Shown here: one piece after another, positions 9,489 to 18,663 of the stretch | Position numbering within the stretch: the stretch's first letter is position 1 | Layout of the letters: the number at the start of each line of letters is the position of its first letter | Assembly (NCBI GenBank): GCA_963719225.1 | Contig: CAVRAY010000001.1 | Location: 32,001 to 96,000, forward strand | Source: Thermoanaerobaculia bacterium | GTDB lineage: Bacteria > Acidobacteriota > Thermoanaerobaculia > UBA5066 | Direction of reading: 5' to 3' | Length of the DNA stretch: 64,000 nucleotides | The notes under the pieces: generated by a model | Databases searched by the model: none | The model's input: only the letters and a program-made list of their open reading frames with translations | Told to the model about the DNA's origin: nothing | Translations under genes and position numbers: made by a program

Positions 9489-10121
9489 GTGGGCGCCTCC
9501 GAACCCTCCCTGACGGACCTCGCCTCTCTCCTCGGCTCGATCGACATCTATCTCTTCGACCAGATCCTGCGCGGGCGGGTCCCTCCGGGGAGCGAGGTCT
9601 TCGACGCGGGATGCGGCCCCGGACGGAACCTCGTGTTCTTCCTGCGTGAAGGCTACGACGTCCGTGCGGTCGATCCCGACGGCAACGCGATCGCCGCGGT
9701 GCGCGAGCTCGCCCGGACTCTCGCGCCGCGCCTCGACGACTCGAATTTCCGGACCGAGCCCGTCGAGACGAACAGCTTCCCGGATTCCTCGGCGGACTTC
9801 GTGATCTCGAGCGCCGTCCTTCACTTCGCCCGCGACACGGCGCACTTCCGGGCGATGCTGGACGGCACGTGGCGCCTCGTGAGGAACGGCGGCATCCTCT
9901 TCTGCCGTCTCGCCTCGACGATCGGGATGGAAGGCCGCTTCACGCCCCTCGGGAACGGGCGCTTCCAGCTGCCGGACGGCAGCGAACGCTACCTCGTCGA
10001 CGAAGAGACGCTGATGGCGCTCACGGGCGAGCTCTCGGGCGAGCTCCTCGATCCGCTCAAGACGACCGTCGTCCAGGATCGCCGCTGCATGACCACGTGG
10101 GTCATGAGGCGGACGGACTGA
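9489..10121 (+). CDS. Class I SAM-dependent methyltransferase
   Basis: VFDAGCGPGRN motif I; ADFVISSAVLHF. Confidence 0.88.
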   Translation: MGASEPSLTDLASLLGSIDIYLFDQILRGRVPPGSEVFDAGCGPGRNLVFFLREGYDVRAVDPDGNAIAAVRELARTLAPRLDDSNFRTEPVETNSFPDSSADFVISSAVLHFARDTAHFRAMLDGTWRLVRNGGILFCRLASTIGMEGRFTPLGNGRFQLPDGSERYLVDEETLMALTGELSGELLDPLKTTVVQDRRCMTTWVMRRTD

Positions 10122-10130
10122 CGGACGCGT

Positions 10131-11252
10131 TCACCCGCCGGCCGCGTGCCCGTGCGCGAGCGCCCGGCGCTTCTCCCACGTCTCGCGCACGAGGGCGACG
10201 TCCTCGAGGAACCAGCCCAGCTCCGAAAGGAAGAGCGCCTGCGGGCCGTCCACGAGCGCCTTCGCGGGATTCGGGTGGAAGTCCACGAGGACCATGTTCG
10301 CGCCCGCGACGACGCCCTGGGCCGTGACGTGCATGAGGTCGAGGATGCCGTCCGGGGCGCGGTCGCGCGAGCCGACGGAATGCGACGGATCGATGCAGAC
10401 GGGAAGGCGCGTGAGGCGCTTGACGACGGGCACGTGGGAAAAGTCCACGAGGTTGCGGTGCGGGTCGCCGAGGTTCGTCTTGACGCCGCGCAGGGCGAAC
10501 ACGATCTGCGACTTGCCTTCGCTCGCGAGGTACTCGGCCGCGTTGAGCGACTCGTTCAGCGTGATGCCGAAGCCGCGCTTGACGAGGACGGGGAACTCCG
10601 GCTGCCGGCCGACGGCCTTCAGGAGCTCGAAGTTCTGGACGTTGCGCGTGCCGATCTGGAGCATGACGCCCGTGGGCTTCCCGGTCTTCTCGAGGCACTC
10701 GGCGATCTCGTCGACGTGGCTCTCGTGCGTGACCTCCATCGCGATGACCCGGATGCCGTGCTTCCCCGCGCGCGTGAAGACCTCCGGAAGGCAGCTCTTG
10801 CCGTGGCCCTGGAACGAGTAGGGGTTCGTGCGCGGCTTGTACGCGCCCATGCGTGTCGTCGTCTGGCCGAACCGCTCGAGCTCCTTGAACATCGCCTCGA
10901 CGTTCTCGTCCGTGTCCACGGCGCAGAGGCCGGCGAAGACGTGCAGGTTGTCCTGCGAGAACTCGACGCCGTTGTACGTGAAGCCGCTCGCGCGCCGATC
11001 GTCCTTGTGGCGCCCGAGGACACGGTATTCCTCCGACACGCGCACGACGCGCTCGACGCCGGGCAGCGTCCGGATGTCCTCGAGGGAGAGGCGGTGCGTG
11101 TCGCCGATGAGGTAGACCTCGGTGACCGTCTTCAGGGCGCCCTTCACCCGGTGGACCTTCACCTCGATGTCGGGAAGGGCGCGCAGAGTGTCGAGGAGCT
11201 CCCGCTCTTTGGCCGGGTTCGCCGCGACGGCGGGATCGATCAGGACGATCAT
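10131..11252 (-). CDS. aroF: DAHP synthase type I-beta with N-terminal regulatory domain
   Basis: AGLCAVD, GAYKPRTNPYSFQG, QIGTRNVQNF, IDPSH, DGPQAL; ATG 11252 overlaps the pheA stop (ATGA). Confidence 0.9.
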   Translation of the reverse strand: MIVLIDPAVAANPAKERELLDTLRALPDIEVKVHRVKGALKTVTEVYLIGDTHRLSLEDIRTLPGVERVVRVSEEYRVLGRHKDDRRASGFTYNGVEFSQDNLHVFAGLCAVDTDENVEAMFKELERFGQTTTRMGAYKPRTNPYSFQGHGKSCLPEVFTRAGKHGIRVIAMEVTHESHVDEIAECLEKTGKPTGVMLQIGTRNVQNFELLKAVGRQPEFPVLVKRGFGITLNESLNAAEYLASEGKSQIVFALRGVKTNLGDPHRNLVDFSHVPVVKRLTRLPVCIDPSHSVGSRDRAPDGILDLMHVTAQGVVAGANMVLVDFHPNPAKALVDGPQALFLSELGWFLEDVALVRETWEKRRALAHGHAAGG

Positions 11253-12427
11253 GGCGCGCTTTCGGGCAGGCGGTCGACGCGCCCCTTCTTCGTCGTGCGC
11301 GCCGGGTACGAGCCGAGCACCTTGAGGTACGGGCATTCGGCCGCGAGCGCCGCGATCGCCCGCGTCGCGGCGTCCTCGGTCTCGGCGCCTTCGAAGTCCA
11401 CGTAGAAGAGGTATTCCCACGGGTGGCGCGGGACGGGGCGCGACTCGAGCTTCGTGAGGTTGAGGCCGTGCGCGTCGAGCAGGTTGAGGCAGTGGGCGAG
11501 GGCGCCGTGGCGGTGCGGCGTCGAGAAGACGAGCGACGTCTTCGTCGGAATGCGCGGGTCCGGCGTGATCGCGACGGTCGAGACGACGACGAACCGCGTC
11601 CAGTTCTCCTCCTGGTCGGCCACGTCGCGCTTGAGGACATCGAGGCCGTGGTGCTGTCCGGCCTCTTCCGAGGCGATCGCGGCGAGCGCGGGATCGCCCG
11701 CCTCCTTGACGTGCCGCGCGGCCTCGGCCGTGTCGACGAACGGCACGGCCGCGACGCCCGGGAGCTCGGAGAGAAAGCGGCTGCACTGCGCGAGCGCCTG
11801 GGGATGCGACACGACGCGGGTGATCAGGGGGAGGGAAGACCCGGGAAGAGCGAGGAGGCAGTGCCGCACCTCGAGGATCTCCTCGCCCACGATCCTCAGG
11901 TCCGTGTGTCTCAGGAGGTCGTACGTCTCGTTGATCGATCCTGCCGTCGTGTTCTCGATGGGGAGGAAGGCGTATCCTGCCGCGCCCGATTCCGCTTCTC
12001 TGAGCGCGCGAAAGAACGTCGGAAAGCCGCAGAACTCCATCTCGGCCTCGCGGTCGCCGAAATACTTCCGCGCGGCGAGGTGGCTGTAGGCGCCCTCGGC
12101 CCCCTGAAAGGCCACACGGTGCGCGTTGTCGAGCGCGCGTTCCTTGACCTTCCGGTCCAGCAGCGCCTCTTCCTGCACCTTGACCGACATCGCGATGATC
12201 TCGCGGAAGATCTCCGTGGCACGGAAGGGATCGAGGCCGAGCTCGCGGGCGATCGCCTCGACGCGCGCGAGGAGCCGCGCTTCGCGGTCGAGGTCCCTGA
12301 GAAACGGCTTGTCCCTCGCCTTGAGGCGCCCGACCTCGGAGACCTGCGCGAGGCGCGCGGCCAGCGTCTCGAGGAGGCGGCGGTCCGTCTCGTCGATGCG
12401 CGCGCGCAGGGCTTCGAGCTCGTCCAC
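11249..12427 (-). CDS. pheA: Chorismate mutase / prephenate dehydratase (P-protein)
   Basis: LRARIDETD (CM), VAFQGAEGAYS, PIENTTAG, SHPQALAQC, NWTRF, LTKLESRP (ACT). Confidence 0.95.
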   Translation of the reverse strand: MDELEALRARIDETDRRLLETLAARLAQVSEVGRLKARDKPFLRDLDREARLLARVEAIARELGLDPFRATEIFREIIAMSVKVQEEALLDRKVKERALDNAHRVAFQGAEGAYSHLAARKYFGDREAEMEFCGFPTFFRALREAESGAAGYAFLPIENTTAGSINETYDLLRHTDLRIVGEEILEVRHCLLALPGSSLPLITRVVSHPQALAQCSRFLSELPGVAAVPFVDTAEAARHVKEAGDPALAAIASEEAGQHHGLDVLKRDVADQEENWTRFVVVSTVAITPDPRIPTKTSLVFSTPHRHGALAHCLNLLDAHGLNLTKLESRPVPRHPWEYLFYVDFEGAETEDAATRAIAALAAECPYLKVLGSYPARTTKKGRVDRLPESAP

Positions 12428-12475
12428 GAACCGTGATCTTAGCGGTAGGCTCTTCTCGAGCGGTGAAGGGGGTCG

Positions 12476-12501
12476 GGGGGAAACACGACCGTGTTTCCCC
12501 C
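12476..12501. repeat. REP-like perfect hairpin in the divergent intergenic region
   Basis: GGGGGAAACACG-AC-CGTGTTTCCCCC. Confidence 0.55.
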
Positions 12502-12579
12502 ATCTCTCGCAGACGCCAGGCCCGCCGAACCCGGTCAGACCGCTTTAGCGGTCTGCGGGCCTGGCGCTATATTCACGGC

Positions 12580-13716
12580 GTGGAGTCCGCCCCGCGCTCA
12601 GGCGTTTCCAGCCGCTCGCGCTTCGCCCTGGGCGTCTTCGCCGTCTTCACGGCTCTCATCGCCGCGAACGCGCTGCAGTCGGCAATTCTCGGCGCCGTCC
12701 TGGGCCGGGACTTTCCCATCGGGCGCTCCGTCGGCGCGAGCGCGCTGACGTGGTACGCGTGGGCGGCCCTGACGCCGGTCGTCGCCTTTCTCGTGAGGCG
12801 GTTCCCGTTCACGAAAGGGCGCTGGAAGTCGAGCATTCTCGTCCATCTCCTCGCGAGCATGGTGATCTTCGGCGCGCAGTTCACCCTCTTCAGCCTCGGC
12901 AGCCGCGCGCTCCAGCTCCAGCCGGCGCGGTCCGTCCGCCGCCTCGCGATCGGACCGCCGGCGCCGCCGCGCGGCCCCGTGCAGGAGGCGTTTCGCTGGT
13001 ATTTCTTCCGGGGGGCGGGCACGTATGCGCTCATCGTCGGAGGGCTCGTCCTCCTCGAGTACGTGAGGAAGGACCGCGAGCGCGTCGCGCTCGAGGGGCA
13101 GCTCGCGCTCGCCGAGCTGAAGGCCCTGCGCATGCAGCTCCAGCCCCACTTCCTCTTCAACACCCTCCACGCGATCGGGGTCCTCATCCACAGCGACCCG
13201 AAGGCCGCGCACGTCATGCTCACGCGCCTCGCCGAGCTGCTGCGCCTGTCGCTCGACACGGCCTCCGAGCCCGAGCTTCCGCTGGAAGTCGAGCTCGCGT
13301 TCGTGGAGAAGTACCTCGCGATCCAGAAGGCGCGCTTCGGGGACCGCCTCACGGTGCGCTACGCGCTCCAGCCGGACGCGATGCGTGGCCTCGTTCCGAC
13401 GCTCGTCATGCAGCCGCTCGTCGAGAACGCCCTGGAGCACGGCGTCGCGCCTCACGCGCGGCCCGGCGTGATCGAGATCGAGGCCTCGCGAACCGCCGAC
13501 GCCCTCACGATCCGCGTGCGCGACAACGGGAACGGCCTCACGGAAGGAAAGGGACGCGTGAAGAGCGGCGTCGGCCTCGCGAACACGAGGGGGCGGCTGC
13601 GTCAACTTTATGGCGACCGGTCGCGTCTCACCCTCTCGAACGCCGCGGGCGGGGGTCTGGAAGCCCTCCTGGAGATGCCGTGGCGCGAGGCGCCGCTGCC
13701 GGTGGGAGGAACATGA
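12580..13716 (+). CDS. LytS/YehU-family membrane sensor histidine kinase
   Basis: N-terminal TM helices; LKALRMQLQPHFLFNTL, QPLVENALEHG, DNGNG, GVGLAN; GTG start 6 nt after TATATT. Confidence 0.92.
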   Translation: MESAPRSGVSSRSRFALGVFAVFTALIAANALQSAILGAVLGRDFPIGRSVGASALTWYAWAALTPVVAFLVRRFPFTKGRWKSSILVHLLASMVIFGAQFTLFSLGSRALQLQPARSVRRLAIGPPAPPRGPVQEAFRWYFFRGAGTYALIVGGLVLLEYVRKDRERVALEGQLALAELKALRMQLQPHFLFNTLHAIGVLIHSDPKAAHVMLTRLAELLRLSLDTASEPELPLEVELAFVEKYLAIQKARFGDRLTVRYALQPDAMRGLVPTLVMQPLVENALEHGVAPHARPGVIEIEASRTADALTIRVRDNGNGLTEGKGRVKSGVGLANTRGRLRQLYGDRSRLTLSNAAGGGLEALLEMPWREAPLPVGGT

Positions 13717-14483
13717 AACCGATCCGGGCCTTCATCGTCGACGACGAGCCTCTCGCGCGGGACTGGCTCCGCACGCTGCTTTCGGAGGAGCCGGGCGTCT
13801 CGCTCGTCGGCGAGGCCCGGGACGGCCGCGAGGCGATCGCGAAGCTTCTGGAGACGAAGCCGGACCTCCTCTTCCTGGACGTCCGGATGCCGGAGGTCGA
13901 CGGGTTCGAGGTCCTGCGCGCCCTCGATCCCGAGGCGCTGCCCGTCGTCATCTTCGTCACGGCGTACGACGCGCACGCCCTGAAAGCCTTCGAGGTCCAC
14001 GCGCTCGATTACCTCCTGAAGCCGTTCGAAAGGGAACGGTTCCGCCTGGCGATGGAGCGCGCCCGGGAGCTCCTCGCGCCCCGCGGCGGGGAGGCCGCGG
14101 CGCGGCGGCTCGCCGGGCTCCTCGACTCCCTCGGCGCCAACGCGCGCGGCATCGACCGCGTGGCCGTGAAGTCCGACGGCGTCATCAAGCTCGTCCGCCT
14201 CGCGGACGTGGACTTCATCGAGGCGTCGGGCCGCTACGTCACGCTCCACGCCGGCAAGGCGCAGCACCTCGTGCGCGAGACGATGAACGAGCTCGAGGCG
14301 AAGCTCGATCCGGCCGTCTTCGCGCGCGTTCACCGCTCGGCCATCGTGAACCTCGACCGCGTGAAGGAGCTCAAGACGGAAAGCCACGGCGAGGTCACGA
14401 TCGTCCTTTCGGACGGGCGCAGCCTGCGCTGGAGCCGCAGCTACCGCGAGCGTCTCGAGGCGCTCCTCGCATCGGCGGGATGA
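13713..14483 (+). CDS. LytTR-family response regulator
   Basis: IVDDEPLAR, FLDVRMP, FVTAYD, DYLLKP, FARVHRSAIVN; ATGA overlap with the kinase; GGAGG RBS. Confidence 0.95.
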   Translation: MKPIRAFIVDDEPLARDWLRTLLSEEPGVSLVGEARDGREAIAKLLETKPDLLFLDVRMPEVDGFEVLRALDPEALPVVIFVTAYDAHALKAFEVHALDYLLKPFERERFRLAMERARELLAPRGGEAAARRLAGLLDSLGANARGIDRVAVKSDGVIKLVRLADVDFIEASGRYVTLHAGKAQHLVRETMNELEAKLDPAVFARVHRSAIVNLDRVKELKTESHGEVTIVLSDGRSLRWSRSYRERLEALLASAG

Positions 14484-14604
14484 CGAAGCATCCCTCGACT
14501 TGACCCGGGCCCACTTTCGGGACCACTCTTCGAGGTGCGCGAGGCCCGAGGCCCGCGACATCAGACCCGCCGGGAGCGAAAAGCCCCGGCGAAAGGAGCT
14601 CCTC

Positions 14605-15096
14605 ATGCATCCTGGATTCATGTCCTGGTGGGCGAGGCACCACGGCCCGTCCCGCTACGAGTACGCCGCCGCCGGGTGCGGCCCCGGCCGGACCCATTGG
14701 CACGACGGCGAGAGCCGTTTCGGTTCGCACGGCGACGAGCCGGGCGGCTTCGGCAGCCCGTTCGGCGTCCGGCGCCCGCTCCGCTTCCTCGCCTTCAAGC
14801 TCGGCCTCGATGACGCGCAGACGGCCGAGCTCGCGGCCATCCTCGACGACCTCAAGACCGAACGCGCGCAGGCGGCCGTCGACCACCGGCGGATGACGTC
14901 GGCCGTGGCCGACCTCTTCTCGGCTCCGGCGTTCGACGCGGCGAAGGTCGCCCAGGCCGGAGCCTCACGTGTCACGAGCGCGACGCGGCTCGCGGAGGCC
15001 CAGGCGAAGGCGCTCCAGCGCGTCCACGCGATGCTCGACGACGAGCAGCGCAAGGCGTTCGCGTACCTGCTCCGCACGGGCGTCATCGCCATCTGA
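14605..15096 (+). CDS. Spy/CpxP (LTXXQ)-like helical protein
   Basis: KLGLDDAQ and MLDDEQR LTxxQ-like motifs flanking amphipathic helices; AAAGGAG RBS. Confidence 0.65.
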   Translation: MHPGFMSWWARHHGPSRYEYAAAGCGPGRTHWHDGESRFGSHGDEPGGFGSPFGVRRPLRFLAFKLGLDDAQTAELAAILDDLKTERAQAAVDHRRMTSAVADLFSAPAFDAAKVAQAGASRVTSATRLAEAQAKALQRVHAMLDDEQRKAFAYLLRTGVIAI

Positions 15097-15165
15097 ACCC
15101 GACCCCGACCGTGAACCGCGCGGAGCGTCCTCGGGCGCCGCTCCGCGCGGCTCTACAATCTCTCC

Positions 15166-15708
15166 ATGCATCCCCGGATGGCCGAGATCGCCGCCTATCT
15201 CGACGAGACCCGTGGCGCGATCGTGCGGGCCGTCGAGTCCCTGTCGCCGGAGGACGCCGCCCGCCGGCCGTCGCCCGAGGCCTGGAGCGTCGACGAGATC
15301 CTGACGCATCTCTCGCTCGTGGAGCCGGGAGTCGCGAAGAGAGTCGCCAAGAGCGTCGGCAAGGCGAAGGGCGAAGGGCTCGAGCGCGAGACGGCGGACG
15401 CCTCGGTGCTCGGCTCGCTCGAGGGTCCCGCCCTCGACAGGCTGAACGAGAAGCAGATCGCGCCGGAATTCGTGGAGCCGAAGGCCGTGCTCGGAAAGTC
15501 CGAGGCGCTCGCCGCCCTCGCCCTCTCGCGCGAGAGCCTCCGGTATGCGATGGCGGATGCCGACGGCTGGGCGCTCGCGAAGGTCGCCGCCCCGCATCCC
15601 CGCCTCGGGACGCTCGACATGTACCAGTGGCTCGTCTTCCTGGGGCGCCACGAGGCCCGCCATCTCGCGCAGATCGAGCGCACGATCGCGGCTCTGGCGC
15701 GGGTCTGA
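15166..15708 (+). CDS. DinB-family protein
   Basis: RPSPEAWSVDEILTHL, HPRLG, HEARHLAQI. Confidence 0.88.
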   Translation: MHPRMAEIAAYLDETRGAIVRAVESLSPEDAARRPSPEAWSVDEILTHLSLVEPGVAKRVAKSVGKAKGEGLERETADASVLGSLEGPALDRLNEKQIAPEFVEPKAVLGKSEALAALALSRESLRYAMADADGWALAKVAAPHPRLGTLDMYQWLVFLGRHEARHLAQIERTIAALARV

Positions 15709-15748
15709 CCCGCCCGATTCTGCTATCCTCGCCGGTCCGATCGAGTGA

Positions 15749-15825
15749 GGTGGGAGTAGCTCAGTCGGTAGAGCGTCGGATTGTGGTTCCGAATGTCGCG
15801 GGTTCGATCCCCGTCTCTCACCCCA
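15749..15825 (+). tRNA. tRNA-His(GUG)
   Basis: G-1, acceptor GTGGGAG/CTCTCAC, C73, encoded CCA; anticodon arm TCGGA-TTGTGGT-TCCGA; GGTTCGATCC T arm; upstream TGCTATCCT extended -10. Confidence 0.97.
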
Positions 15826-15844
15826 ACCTTTTTTCAGTCGCCGC

Positions 15845-15921
15845 GCGCCCGTAGCTCAGCTGGATAGAGCGTCAGACTCCGGATCTGAAGGCCTCCGGTT
15901 CGAATCCGGACGGGCGCACCA
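15845..15921 (+). tRNA. tRNA-Arg(CCG)
   Basis: Acceptor GCGCCCG/CGGGCGC, anticodon arm TCAGA-CTCCGGA-TCTGA, TTCGAAT loop, ACCA end. Confidence 0.97.
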
Positions 15922-15964
15922 ACCTCCCGCCGGGGCTTTTCGGCCTAGACTGTGGCATTGCATC

Positions 15965-16357
15965 GTGGGTGAGACGACGGAGCTGCCGGAGCGTTTCGAG
16001 ATCGGCGAGGGACATGCGGTCTGTCGCCCGGAAGGAGACGTCTCGTTTCCGGAGGCGCTCGAGCGGCTGAGCCAGGCGGTCATCTATTGCCGCGAGAACG
16101 GGATTCGGAGGCTCCTCATCGACACGACGAAGCTGACCGGGTTCGGAGTGCCTGGAACCGTCGAGCGATTCTCGATGGGCGAGCGGCTCGCCCGCGACGC
16201 GAGAGCGGCCGTCAAGCTCGTGGTGGTGGCGAGACCGGAAGTGCTCGACCCGGGGCGCTTCGGAGTCACCGTCGCGCGAAACCGGGGATTGTTCTCGAAC
16301 GCCTTCTCGTCCGAGTCCGAGGCATTGAAATGGCTTCTGGACCCGAGCGCCGAATGA
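15965..16357 (+). CDS. Small STAS/SpoIIAA-like (STAS/SEC14) hypothetical protein
   Basis: RLLIDTTKL strand, ARNRG, and C-terminal AFSSESEALKWL typical of this fold. Confidence 0.6.
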   Translation: MGETTELPERFEIGEGHAVCRPEGDVSFPEALERLSQAVIYCRENGIRRLLIDTTKLTGFGVPGTVERFSMGERLARDARAAVKLVVVARPEVLDPGRFGVTVARNRGLFSNAFSSESEALKWLLDPSAE

Positions 16358-17505
16358 AGGCGCGCCGAGTCGAGGCACGTGTCGCGCGGAAGCGCCGGAC
16401 GGCGCGTAAACGCGTGCCCGTGGGAGGGCTCGGGATCGAGACGGCGGAGCGGCGCATGACGGACGAGCTCATCGCGTCCGAGGAGCGCTATCGCTTTCTC
16501 TTCGAGCGCAATCCGCTTCCGATGTGGGTGTACGACCGCGAGACGCTCCGCTTCCTGACCGTGAACGATGCCGCCGTGCGCCACTATGGCTACTCGCGCG
16601 AGGAGTTCGGGTCCCTGACGGTCGTGGACATCCGGCCCGAGGAAGAGCGGGCACGGCTGCAGGAGGAGGTTCGCGACATCGAAGGTTACCGGCTCAGCGG
16701 GCGCTGGAAGCTCCGGAAGAAGGACGGCTCGGTCGTGAACGTGGAGATCCTCTCGCACGACATGCCGTTCGCGGAGCGGCCGGCGCGCGTCGTGCTCGCG
16801 AACGACGTGACCGATCGCCTCGCCGCCGAGGAAGGGCTCCGGCGCTCCTACGACGAGCTCCGGGCCCTGTCGGCGCGGCTCGAGTCGGTGCGCGAGGAGG
16901 AGTCGACGCGGATCGCGCGCGAGGTCCACGACGAGGTCGGGCAGGCGCTGACGGCGCTCAAGATGGACGTCGCCGAGGTCGAGCGCGGCCTCGCCGCGGC
17001 GGGCGGCGCGCCGAAGGCGGTGACGGGAACCCTTTCCGGGATGAGCCGCCTCCTCGACGTCACGATGGACGTCGTCCACCGCATCTCCACGGAGCTCCGC
17101 CCGGGCGTGCTCGAGGAGCTCGGCCTCGAGGAAGCCGTCGAGTGGCAGCTCGAGGAGTTCCGCAAGCGCACGGGGATGGCTTGCCGTTTCGAGACGAGCT
17201 TCGTCGGGGCCGCGATCGACAGGGACGTTTCCACGGCCGTCTTTCGAGTTCTCCAGGAGCTCCTGACGAACGTGGTGCGGCACGCGCGCGCGAGCGCCAT
17301 CCACGTCCGCCTTTCAGCCGGAGACGGCCGGCTCGGCCTCGAGGTCAGGGACGACGGCTGCGGAATCCCCTCGGGACGCGTCTACGCGCCGCGGTCGTTC
17401 GGCCTCCTCGGCATCCGCGAGCGCGTGACGAACGTCGGCGGAAGCGTCACGATCCAGGGAGCGCCGGGACGCGGCACGGTCGTCAGCGTCTCGATTCCGC
17501 TGTGA
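16354..17505 (+). CDS. Cytoplasmic PAS-domain histidine kinase (HisKA_3, NarX/UhpB type); start uncertain (16354 or 16456)
   Basis: YRFLFERNPLPM PAS; RIAREVHDEVGQAL; QELLTNVVRHA; DDGCG; GLLGIRER. Confidence 0.92.
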   Translation: MKARRVEARVARKRRTARKRVPVGGLGIETAERRMTDELIASEERYRFLFERNPLPMWVYDRETLRFLTVNDAAVRHYGYSREEFGSLTVVDIRPEEERARLQEEVRDIEGYRLSGRWKLRKKDGSVVNVEILSHDMPFAERPARVVLANDVTDRLAAEEGLRRSYDELRALSARLESVREEESTRIAREVHDEVGQALTALKMDVAEVERGLAAAGGAPKAVTGTLSGMSRLLDVTMDVVHRISTELRPGVLEELGLEEAVEWQLEEFRKRTGMACRFETSFVGAAIDRDVSTAVFRVLQELLTNVVRHARASAIHVRLSAGDGRLGLEVRDDGCGIPSGRVYAPRSFGLLGIRERVTNVGGSVTIQGAPGRGTVVSVSIPL

Positions 17506-18134
17506 CGCGCATCCTCCTGGCCGACGACCACGCGCTGTTCCGCCAGGGGCTCGAGCGGGTGCTGGCGGAAGGGTTCAAGGGCGCGACGTTCGGCCACGCC
17601 GGAGACACCGCCACGGCGCTTCGACTCGTGAAGGAGGAGACCTGGGACGTCGTCGTCCTCGACATCTCGTTCGCGGGCCGTAGCGGCCTCGATCTCCTGA
17701 AGGAGATCAAGCGCGCGCGCCCGAAGCTGCCGGTCCTGATCCTGAGCATGCACCCGGAAAAGCAGTTCGCCGTGCGCGCGATCAAGGCGGGTGCCGCCGG
17801 CTACGTGACGAAGAAAGTCGTGTCCGAGGAGCTCCTGAACGCCGTGAGGCGGGTCGTGGGGGGCGGCCGCTGGGTGACCCAGGAAGTCGCCGAACGGCTC
17901 GCCGCCGAGGTCTCGCTTCCCGCCGGGAAGCTCCCGCACGACCTCCTCTCGGATCGGGAGTTCCACGTGTTCCGCCTCCTCGCGCGGGGCGCGACGGTGA
18001 AGGCGATCGCCGCGGAGCTCGCCGTCAGCGTCCAGACCGTGAGCACGTACCGCTCGCGGATCATGGAGAAGATGCGCCTCGAAACGAACGCCGACCTCAC
18101 CCAGTACGCCCTCGATCAAGGCCTGATCGGCTGA
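17502..18134 (+). CDS. NarL/UvrY-family response regulator
   Basis: ILLADDH, VLDIS, ILSMH, LSDREF...TVSTYRSRIMEK HTH; GTGA overlap with the kinase stop. Confidence 0.93.
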   Translation: MTRILLADDHALFRQGLERVLAEGFKGATFGHAGDTATALRLVKEETWDVVVLDISFAGRSGLDLLKEIKRARPKLPVLILSMHPEKQFAVRAIKAGAAGYVTKKVVSEELLNAVRRVVGGGRWVTQEVAERLAAEVSLPAGKLPHDLLSDREFHVFRLLARGATVKAIAAELAVSVQTVSTYRSRIMEKMRLETNADLTQYALDQGLIG

Positions 18135-18148
18135 CCCTGAGCCCGCGC

Positions 18149-18165
18149 GTCGTACTCCGTACGAC
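18149..18165. promoter_or_regulatory. Palindrome, candidate response-regulator binding site
   Basis: GTCGTAC-TCC-GTACGAC between the regulator and receiver genes. Confidence 0.4.
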
Positions 18166-18224
18166 ACGATTACCGTCGAGCCGCCGATTCCCGTGGGCGC
18201 TTGCTCTCTCTACCCTTACCGGGA

Positions 18225-18590
18225 ATGAGGATTCTGATCGTGGACGACTCGGAGCCGGTAGGGGCGCGGCTCGTCGCGCTCCTCCGCCGCGTGGAGGGTC
18301 TCGAATTCCTGCCGCAGGTGTTCAGCGCGAAAGGCGCGGAAGAGGTGTTCGAAGCCGAGCGTCCCGAGATCGTGCTCCTCGATCTCCAGCTCCGGGACGG
18401 AACGTCGCTCGGCCTTCTGAGGGAGATCAAGGCGAAAGCGCCTTCCACCCGCGTCTACGTCCTGACCGCGCACCTGAACGAGCGGTACCGAAAACCGTGT
18501 CTGGAGGCCGGCGCCGAGTTCTACCTCAGCAAGGCCACGGACCTCCCGCTCCTCGCGGGCATCCTCTCGGACCTGGCGCGGGAGAGATGA
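18225..18590 (+). CDS. Single-domain response regulator (receiver only)
   Basis: MRILIVDDS, LLDLQL, VLTA, YLSK. Confidence 0.88.
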   Translation: MRILIVDDSEPVGARLVALLRRVEGLEFLPQVFSAKGAEEVFEAERPEIVLLDLQLRDGTSLGLLREIKAKAPSTRVYVLTAHLNERYRKPCLEAGAEFYLSKATDLPLLAGILSDLARER

Positions 18591-18663
18591 CCCCGGACCC
18601 GAAAGGGCTCGTGTAAAAACGACGGCCTCGACCGGGCGCGTTCCTTGCAACTCCGGTTGACCA

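Noticed and set aside
15749-18590. Genomic island integrated at tRNA-Arg or tRNA-His
   Set aside because: No integrase, no duplicated tRNA 3' end seen, and no obvious composition shift
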